This document shows positions 54,963 to 64,000 of a DNA stretch of 64,000 nucleotides, piece after piece. The translations under genes were made by a program, and so were the position numbers. Position 1 is the first letter of the stretch; every line of letters starts with the position of its first letter. The stretch lies in NCBI GenBank assembly GCA_964016885.1, contig OZ024757.1, positions 4,836,001 to 4,900,000 of the forward strand, given 5' to 3'. The notes under the pieces were generated by a model. It was not told the origin of the DNA and did no database searches. It was given only the letters and a program-made list of their open reading frames with translations. This stretch comes from Eledone cirrhosa. Lineage: Eukaryota.

Positions 54963-55161
54963 ATTATTTGAGATGAAAGCGAGGGTGGGGTACGATTATT
55001 TGAGACCAAAGCGAGGGTGGGGTACGATTATTTGAGACCAAAGCAAGGGTGGGGGACGATTATTTGAGACCAAAGCAAGGGTGGGGGACGACTATTTGAG
55101 ACCAAAGCGAGGGTGGGGTACGATTATTTGAGACCAAAGCAAGGATGGGGGACGATTATTT
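54963..55161. repeat. 32-bp tandem repeat, 6 copies
   Basis: ATTATTTGAGACCAAAGCGAGGGTGGGGTACG at period 32. Confidence 0.95.
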
Positions 55162-55204
55162 GCATTACATACACATCTACTGAGTTATACACACATCTAT
55201 GGAG

Positions 55205-55259
<55 letters not shown>

Positions 55260-55589
55260 CATCATCATTTTACGTCCGCTTCTCCCTGCTTGCAAGGGTG
55301 GGACGTGAACTGATTCTGGCCTGATTTCTACAGCTGGATGCCCTTCCTAACACCAACCTCATTTACAGTGTGGGCTGGGTGCTTTTTTGCCATTGCACCT
55401 CCACGACAATTTGAAATGGAATGATATGGACCCCAGTCCTATCATCTCATTTCTACAGCTGAGTAAACTGGAGCAATGTGAAATAAAGTGTCTTGCTCAA
55501 GGAAACAACACATCACCCAGTCTGAGAATTGAGCTCATAACCTTTAGATTGCAAGGCCAATGCTCTAACCACTAAGTCATGTGCCTCCA
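55260..55589 (-). mobile_element. tRNA/CORE SINE with RTE tail
   Basis: Same family as 29243-29581. Confidence 0.9.
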
Positions 55590-55624
55590 TTTATATATTA
55601 ATACATATATATATATATACACAC

Positions 55625-55661
<37 letters not shown>

Positions 55662-55819
55662 ACAACATATATATATATAAGAAGGAAATTGTACTATATA
55701 CACATATATTTATATATATGTATGTTTGTTTGTATATATATAGTAATAATAATAAATTTGAAGACTTAAATCCAAAGAGGGCTCGATAAGGATAAATATA
55801 TATAAAATATATAAGAAAC

Positions 55820-56690
55820 CTGGAGAGGAGCAATTATAGGGGCATAAAGCTGATGGATCAGGTTATGAAAGTGGCAGAGAGAATATTAGCACAACTAATT
55901 AGAGAAAGGGTCAAACTAGATGAGATGCAGTTTGGTTTTATGCCTGGGAAAAGTACAACAGATGCCCTCTTCTTGGTGAGACAATTACAAGAGAGGTTCT
56001 TAGAGAAGAATAAGCCACTATACTTATACCTTGATAGGGTACCCCGATCTGTCATCTGGTGGTCCCTAAGGAAACTAGGTGTTGAGGAATGGATTGTGAG
56101 GACTGCAAGATTTGTACAGGGGTGCTGTCAGTAAAGTGAGAGTAGGTATGGAGTTTAGTGGGGAATTCCAGATACAAGTAGGTGTTCATCAGGGTTTGGT
56201 CCTCAGCCCACTCTTGTTCATTATAGTCCTCCAAGCCATTAGAGAGGAGTTTAAGACTGGCTGCTCATGGGAACTTCTCTATGCTGATGATCTGGTTCTT
56301 ATAGCAGAATCAGTAGAGGAGGTAGAGAATAAATTCTGGCTATGGAAACAGCAGTTGGAATCAAGAGGACTGAGGGTGAACCTAGCTAAGACAAAAGTAT
56401 TAATAAGTAGAAAAGAGGATAATACTCTGATTCTATCAGGGAAATGGCCATGTTCGATATGCACAAAAGGAACTGGCATAAATTCTATAAAATCTACGCA
56501 ATGTGACACAGTAAAAAGTTCCCAGTCCAACCGAAAATGTGGTTGGTGTTAGGAAGGGCATCCAGCTGTCAAAAATACTCCTATACAAGCGAGACACAGT
56601 CATCCAACCAATCTTGCCTCAAGTGGGACAATTCCCATCTAACCCATGCTAGCGTGGAAGATAGACATTAAACGATGCTGATGATGATAT
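55820..56690 (+). mobile_element. Degraded, internally deleted RTE fragment
   Basis: MQFGFMPGKSTTDA, VGVHQGLVLSPLLF, LYADDL, joined directly to 3'UTR. Confidence 0.85.
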
Positions 56691-56764
56691 AGATAGATAG
56701 ATAGATAGACCAGGCCCAAACAAGAAATACAGAAAGTACAGGTTCGAAGTGAATAATATCTCAA

Positions 56765-58440
56765 GAATAATTTTATTCCTGGTTAATGAATGAAATTATT
56801 GTGTACAGTGCTCAGGTGCACTACAACTCATCAAAGGTGCATGTATAGTACATATTATAATGTACAAATGTCAGGAAAGTAAACAGTGTATGAGTCATGA
56901 TATACATGTGTGTGTATGGAGGGGGGATACCAGGTGTAGTGTTGGTGAATTACAGGAAGTATGGAAGTTTCAAAGGATGCAGTGTCTCGACAGTTAACAA
57001 CTGATGCAGGTAGTTTGTTCCATGCTTCAGCAACTCTGGGCATGAACAAATGTTTCTGAAAGTCATAGGAACTGTGCTGTTTTCTGACTTTGTAGGCATG
57101 TCCACGCGTGTTAGACACATGGAACTCAAATAGGTGCTCAGGATTGTTGTTGGCAAGATGGTTAATAATTGTGTGGGTGTTTACCAAGTCAGTTTTCAGA
57201 CGTCGGAGCTTCAATGTATCCATGCTCAGGGAAGCAAGGCATTTCGAGTATGGTAGATGGAGGGTATTCGCTTGGTTGCACGTCCCTGAACAATTTCCAG
57301 GAGGTCAATGTTCTGAGCAAGATAGCGGTTTCAGACAGGTGATGCAAATTCTAAGTGTGGTCACACCATAGCTATATACAGCTTTAAATAGATAGATAAA
57401 TGCATGGTGGTAAATTTGTACACAGCCATCTTCAGTTGCCAGTCTGTGATCTATTGCTGCATTGTGTCAAGGTCTGATTGCTCGAAAGATCTAAAGTGTT
57501 CAGGATCTGTACTTTTTATCTCAAGGGACAGCTTGATGTCATCTGCATATTTCAGTACTGTGACATTCTTTAAGTTGGCATCTTTGTCATTAATATATGT
57601 GTAACGGAATTCTCCTATAAATTATCTGGCAAGTTCTCGCACCTGGGACCACCTATCTTAGGGAGTTTCCCACCATTGTCCTGTCAAGAGACAACAATGA
57701 TAAAAGTACATACCACTTGACCTGTGACCCCAGCTTCATGATAGATGAAACACACATGGCTACTCATAAATCAACCCTGTATACACATCCTTCTAGCTAT
57801 AAGGTTATTATAAATACAAGTACAAAGGGAATCCAGCAGCCAGACCATGAAGCAGCAGCCCTTGAGAGAATAACGATGTGAAACATTCACGTTCTACAGA
57901 CCTCTTGGGGTCTACAGACTTCTACTGACGTCTACGGACCTTTTACTCTATCTCTCAGACAAGAGAGACCGAAGCACCAGTCCTTGAGAGGAATAACAAA
58001 TACTAAGGATACACACACACTCAGTAGGTTTCATTATACTGTTTACTTCTGAGTTTTATCTATTCTTTCGTCTTCCTGTTGAATCACTTCTATTGTATTG
58101 TTGTATTGATACATACATACACGCTAGCTCGAAGTAGCTAGTCAGCAAATTGATGTAGTGATAATTCCTGTCACAATCTTTATTACTCGATATTCAATGT
58201 AGCAACAAGTGAATATTGTTATTGTAAAATAAACTTTGTCAACATCACAATTCTGACATTATTCTTTTTATCATTCATCCACAAAAGAATACATTTATCC
58301 ACTACATATGCAACAAACAAAAGGGGTCCAAGAACAGATCCCTGTGGTACACCAGATGACATCTCATACAGTGAAGAATGCTGTCCTAGAACTGTGACTA
58401 CCTCTCTTCAACTGAGAGTGAAGGATTTCAACCAGATAAA
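56765..58440 (-). mobile_element. CR1-group LINE 3' fragment, split by a solo LTR
   Basis: SGVPQGSVLGPLLFVAYIND, KYADD, NTRGHAYKVRKQ...RVAEAWNKLP. Confidence 0.85.
57600..58306 (+). mobile_element. Solo LTR (707 bp, TG...CA) with 4-bp TSD TATG
   Basis: TATG|TGTAAC...CTACA|TATG; TATAAATA near 57808; AATAAA near 58228; CR1 frame resumes on both sides. Confidence 0.85.
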
Positions 58441-60790
58441 AACTATACACCATGTACAGTATATATACACTATATATATATTATATATACACTATATATA
58501 TATTATATATACAGTATATATACACAATATATATATTATATATACACTATGTACAGTATATATACACTATATATATATTATATATATACTGTGTACAGTA
58601 TATATACACTATATATATATTATATATACACTGTGTACAGTATATATTATACACTATATATGATGTTGTCCCAGGTAAAGGCAATGGCTGATACAGCTTG
58701 GCACCAGTGACATCACAATATATATACACTATACACAGTATATATACCCTATATATATATTATATATATACTATATACAGTATATATGATGTTGTCCAAG
58801 AGAAAGGCAATGGACGATACAACTTGGAACCAGTAACAACTCATATCATCACCGTTTTACGTCCATTCTTCTATGCTAGCATGGGTTAGACTGTTGGGGG
58901 CAGTGCCAGGTCGGGTGACCATATCTTGCTCATATGGGAACTGATTCTGGCTTGATCTCTACAGCTGGATGCCCTTCCTAACACCAACCTCATTTACAGT
59001 GAGTGCTGGATGCTGTTTTCCATGGCGCCTATGTTATATATACTAGTTATATACACTATATATATATTATATATACATTACATATACACTATATACATTA
59101 CATATACACTGTGTACAGCATATATGACGATGGGAAAGGCAATGGCTGATACAACTTGGCACCAGTGACATCACAACATATATACTATATATATACACTA
59201 TGTACAGTATATATACACTGTCACCCGTCATTTCTGTTCTCCTGGTCATTCTTCCTTACATGTTTCAGTCCTGGGTCTCCTTTTACATCATGGATCACAG
59301 GCCTCACGCACCAGGACTGGACAAAGTCTGATTCACCGCCTTGGGTCCTATTCCCCTCTTGGACTCAACTCACCGCCCCCCCCCCCCCCAATTTCTCTAA
59401 TACTCCGTCCATTATCACACCCCTAGATTCCTATCACTTTCTCTTCATCATTAACGTCTTTTCTTCAAACTAATACAGGCCGACTATATATGCTCACTCC
59501 ACTTTTCCCTTCACTGCTCTTTATACATACACACCCTTATATTAACATACTGTTGCTCATAGCTTTGTACTTACATGCACACACACTCTTTTACTCACAT
59601 ATACACACACATTTCTTCTTAGCTTCGTACGGACGTATAATAACAGACACACACACACACTTACGCATGTGCACAAGTGTAGATCTTTTTACAAAACGTT
59701 TTTTTTTCCATTTCAGGTAGACGTGCTCCATCATCCACTTTTCTAATAAATCATACACAAAACGCCAGCACCAACAGTTTTGCAAGAGATGTCAACATGA
59801 ATGGACCTGTTATTTTTATCTAAAGACATTTTTTCCAATCCCACCCCACCCATCTCCTCAATCTATTTTATTTCGCATTCTTTTTTCTGATGAAGGACTA
59901 GCATCTGAAACGTTAAGACCCTCTTCCTGTTATATAAAGCGTTAACCTAATATATCCCTTCCATATACTGTAACAATTGTGTTGTTATTTCTGTTTACCT
60001 TTTACATACATATATTATATATACACTGTGTACAGGATATATTATACACTATATATGATGTTGTCCAAGAGAAAGGCTATGTGATACAGCTTGGCACCAG
60101 TATCACAACATATATACTATATATATATTATATATACACTATGTACAGTATATATTATACATTATATATGATGTTGTCCAAGAGAAAGGCAATGGCTGAT
60201 ACAGCTTGGCACCAGTGACATCACAACATATATATACACTGTGTACAGTATATATTATACACTATATATAATGTTATCCAAGAGAAAGGCAATGGCTGAT
60301 ACAGCTTGGCACCAGTAACACAACATATATACTATATATATTATATATACACTGTGTACAGTATATATTATACACTATATATGATGTTGTCCAAGAGAAA
60401 GGCTATGGCTGATACAGCTTGGCACCAGTATCACAACATATATACACTATATATATATTATATATACACTGTGTACAGTATATATTATACACTATATATG
60501 ATGTTGTCCAAGAGAAAGGCTATGTGATACATCTTGGCACCAGTGACATCACAACATATATACTATATATATATTATATATACACTGTACAGTATATATT
60601 ATACACTATATATAATGTTGTCTAAGAGAAAGACTATGGCCGATACAGCTTGGCACCAGTGACATCACCACATATATACACTATATATATATATATACAC
60701 TGTGTACAGTATATATTATACACTATATATAATGTTGTCCAAGAGAAAGGCTATGGCTGATACAGCTTGCCACCAGTGACATCACAACTC
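58440..60790. repeat. ~105-120-bp compound minisatellite built from a SINE tail segment plus TA-rich flank, interrupted by RTE/SINE and Penelope pieces
   Basis: GATGTTGTCCAAGAGAAAGGCAATGGCTGATACAGCTTGGCACCAGTGACATCACAAC recurs about 10 times. Confidence 0.85.
59220..60010 (+). mobile_element. Penelope-like element 3' remnant (GIY-YIG C-terminus plus pLTR with hammerhead)
   Basis: LIHRLGSYSPLGLN at 59328-59369; CTGATGA-AGGACTAGCATCT-GAAA-CGTT-AAGA at 59887-59918. Confidence 0.7.
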
Positions 60791-60917
60791 ATTTCTACAG
60801 CTGAGTAAACAATGTGAAATAAAGTGTCTTGCTCAAGGAAACAACAAATCATACGGTGCGATAATCGAACTCACAACCATACGATTGCAAGCCCAATGCT
60901 CTAACCACTAAGCCATG
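60735..60917 (-). mobile_element. tRNA/CORE SINE with a third tail type; source of the adjacent minisatellite unit
   Basis: Head CATGGCTTAGTGGTTAGAGC, CORE region, tail continuous with the last minisatellite unit. Confidence 0.8.
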
Positions 60918-61359
60918 ATACCTTCCAGAACCAACCGTGATATAGAGAGACCATAAAGACAACCGTTGTTTTCATAGTCTAAGCTTTAAAATACCTCTCA
61001 TACATGCTTTAAGTACATATAAACTCATTAAAACACACTTTTGTATTTAAACACCAAAAACAGCCAGTAATGATCGTATAGAAACTACCACCAACTATCA
61101 TACCACTAGTTACTAATGAGGACTATTGCCAGCCACGGTAGCCACTTGGTAATACACTACACATCTCCCGTCAATCTATGAAGGGTTTGTAGTAGATTAG
61201 AGCAAAACACAATCAGTAAAACAGTAATGGAATGAAAAATATAAACATTTGTTCATAATTAAAGCCTTAAGATGTCCCTTCCTTATTTAATAAGTTTCAA
61301 ATTTAAACACTTTTTATTCAGACGTACCGCGATAAGAAATTAGATACGTTCCTAAGAAA

Positions 61360-61418
61360 TATCCGCGATGTAACGGGACCGCGAAAAGTGAACCGCGATA
61401 TAGCGGGGGATTATTGTA
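61360..61418 (-). mobile_element. Tigger/pogo-like terminal remnant
   Basis: Minus strand TACAATAATCCCCCGCTATATCGCGG with repeated CCGCGA. Confidence 0.4.
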
Positions 61419-61470
61419 TATATACACACACAACATACATCTATCTATATACAATCATAACATATATTTC

Positions 61471-62087
61471 GGCAGTGTCATGGTATTAGCTGTCAGAAGT
61501 GAAAGTAGAAGAAGGTGACGTCATTCGTCAACCTTCTTAATCCTTTATTTCCGTATCACTATTCCCTTTATTTATGTTTAGGATTTTCTAAGAGATACGT
61601 TTACGATGAGATACACTTATTAAAAAATATGGGGACCAAATAAGCCCGTAATTTTCGAGAGAAACGATAATATACAATCTCATTTAACATGTGTATTAAA
61701 AAGTACACTAGCTGTTACAATTGTAATTAACGTGTAAGAACTTAAATGAAAATATAGGTGGCCCTTAAAAGGGCCGGTGTTGAACTTAAATTTGGTTTCT
61801 AATTTGATAACCATGACTTGTTTCAACACCGGCCCTTTTAAGGGCCACCTATATTTTCATTTAAGTTCTTACACGTTAATTACAATTGTAACAGCTAGTG
61901 TAGTTTTTAATATACATGTTAAATAAGATTGTATATTATCGTTTCTCTCGAAAATTACGGGGTTATTTGGTCCCCATAAATAAAATCATAAACGTAAATA
62001 AACGGAACAGTGATATGGAAATAAAGGATTGAGAAGGTTGACGACTGATGTCACCTTCTTTCTGACAGCTAATACCACGACAGTGCC
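61471..62087. mobile_element. Foldback MITE, same family as 11335-11796
   Basis: ~290-bp near-perfect arms; termini GGCAGTGTC/GACAGTGCC; imperfect 9-bp flanking duplication ATATATTTC/CTTTATTTC. Confidence 0.85.
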
Positions 62088-62164
62088 CTTTATTTCGATC
62101 TCTTACATTAAAATGTTGACTGAGGGTGACAACTGTTTCTTGTTTGAGGTTGTTCCAGTGGTTG

Positions 62165-63131
62165 AAATATAGACGGAGGTAATTTAAATAATAAAGACAG
62201 TCATAACAATATATTTTATATCACATGTAACAGTGGAATCTGATGATTGAAAAATATCACATCAACATTTCAGTTTGGAAGTGTTTTTTCTATCTATAAA
62301 AGTGGAGGAAGAAATATATTTTTCTAATGTTGTTATATATATTTTCACTTGTATATAATTACTGGGTCGTTGTACGGTTCACATAATTATATTATTTACA
62401 CACATTAATATAGACATTAAGTAAATCTTTGTCAACTTACCTCCTTCACATATAATCAATGTGTTGTGTTGTTAGTTGTTACTAAACAACCAAAAAAATA
62501 ATCTCTTTGTTATCAAATTAGAAGTTTCAATGTTATCAGCTTTATTTCACGACATTAACGTTGGTGTATCTTCTTCATCTTTAGTCATAAATTGATATCT
62601 TGTCAGAATGAAGTAGTGAGGCTGACTTTATGTCTTTAGCTACAGATTTGATAGGAAATATATATATATTAGGTTGATATGTGGTCTAAAATATATATAT
62701 TGTCTATAAATGACTGATAGCAGATGTTCTGGTGAAATAGTAGTTTTACTACTACAGATTGTAATGGAACTCTTAGTAGACACAATTGTAAAGTAAGAAT
62801 AGATATGACAGTGTAAGACTGATGTCGGGGAATTAAAATTGTGTGTATATATATATATATAATTGTTACACAAGATATAATTAGATTAATTAAAGTTATA
62901 ATGAAGACAGCAGGTACTCGGGTGTCGTTGGGAATGTATCAACTCTCGTACCGGTGTCATACGTTAAAAGTCCCTGATATAATTTAATACCTTCAAACAC
63001 AGTTCCAATCGTATTTAATTGATTGTAAATCAGAAAGTATCACTCAGTAAAGTATCAATTATATATCAATAAGAAAACCTCTACGTAGTCTCTCTAACTG
63101 CTAGAAATAGCAGCGACATTATCCATTACAA
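62165..63131 (-). promoter_or_regulatory. Cassette X: putative promoter plus first exon (~62820-62441) of ZNF D
   Basis: Inr-like site 62817-62822; donor complement ACTTAC at 62435-62440; near-identical to the 16.4-17.3 kb copy. Confidence 0.55.
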
Positions 63132-63903
63132 CTGCTCTCTCTCTCTCTATATATATATACACACACACACATATATGTACGTATGTGTATATATGGGTAT
63201 GAATGAGTGTGTATGTGTACATAGGGTTTTGGTATATGTACGTTTGGTGAACATATGTGTATTTACCTGTAGGTATGTGTGAGTGTACGTTCTATACGCA
63301 TTTATGCGTGTATATTTATATGTGTATATATAATTATATGTATACACACAAACATATATTTATATGTGTATTTGGTATATATGTCCGTACGTGTGCGGGT
63401 ATATGTGTCGCGCCGGTTTACGTATGTGTGTGCGTGTTTATGTGTACGTGCATGTATATGCATACATGCCGTGTGTTTTTGTATATACACGTGTATAAAT
63501 GTGTGTATGTATATATTTAATTATTATTAGTTTTATGATTTTAATAACCTCTGTCATTTTCGTTCAACTAATTTATTTACATTATTCTGAACTCCGAAGC
63601 CGAGAATCATTCAGTTTCCTAAATAGTATATTAGTCTACGCCTCCATTTATACCATAAACGTGGTTTTGTCTTTACGTGTAATTGTTGTCACCTCTCCAC
63701 ATAACGACGTATTATCTTCGCTTTTTTCCGTTCATTGCCAGGAAACGTCTTCACGAACCAAAGTATCGTCTTCCTGTTTTCCTTCGGTTGCAAAGTTTTT
63801 CGAAATATTTACTTTTTCGGTCATGGATTGATTTTTTTTTTAGTTTCAGAAGATCCCGTTAAGGGGGAAAGCAGCGATTCTTTGCTTAAACTTTAATCTG
63901 TTA

Positions 63904-63958
<55 letters not shown>

Positions 63959-64000
63959 GGTTTGGGATGCTTAAAGCGTCCATATGCAGTAGGCCGTTTG

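Noticed and set aside
54963-55161. 32-bp repeats of CRISPR-repeat length
   Set aside because: Head-to-tail with no unique spacers.
63098-63113. GCTAGAAATAGC, identical to the SpCas9 sgRNA tetraloop region
   Set aside because: Only ~12-13 nt match with no flanking scaffold; it occurs in several diverged native repeats, so coincidence rather than vector contamination.

Overview
AT-rich, microsatellite-dense eukaryotic (animal) genomic DNA, most consistent with a coleoid cephalopod such as Octopus. This is inferred from the tandem C2H2 zinc-finger cluster, RTE LINEs with (TGA)n tails and tRNA-derived CORE- and Meta-type SINEs. Host genes are four C2H2-ZNF loci: A (5516-6340, -, open), B (~9580-10943, -, frameshifted paralog of A), C (26896-27975, +, one in-frame TGA) and D (~50230-52669, -, frameshifted paralog of C, convergent with it). 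The rest is mostly mobile DNA: an apparently intact RTE LINE whose RT carries an inserted PHD-type C4HC3 finger, many RTE fragments, a CRE-clade RLE retrotransposon, CR1, Penelope-like remnants with hammerhead-ribozyme cores, a young non-autonomous Gypsy-type LTR element, a solo LTR, a Merlin/IS1595 transposase pseudogene, Helitron remnants, foldback MITEs, SINEs and minisatellites. Most notable: (1) a ~1 kb non-coding cassette in six copies, with (TA)n, an Inr-like TCAGTC, a uORF and a GTAAGT donor, that looks like the ZNF promoter/first exon and is more conserved than the ZNF coding exons; (2) an over-long tRNA-Trp primer copy with an A58>T change, resembling a fossil of RT read-through of m1A58; (3) the PHD finger inside the RTE RT; (4) a cluster of hammerhead motifs; (5) nested inverted homology centred near 39.4-39.8 kb. 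All calls were made by eye without database searches, and degraded-repeat boundaries are approximate.
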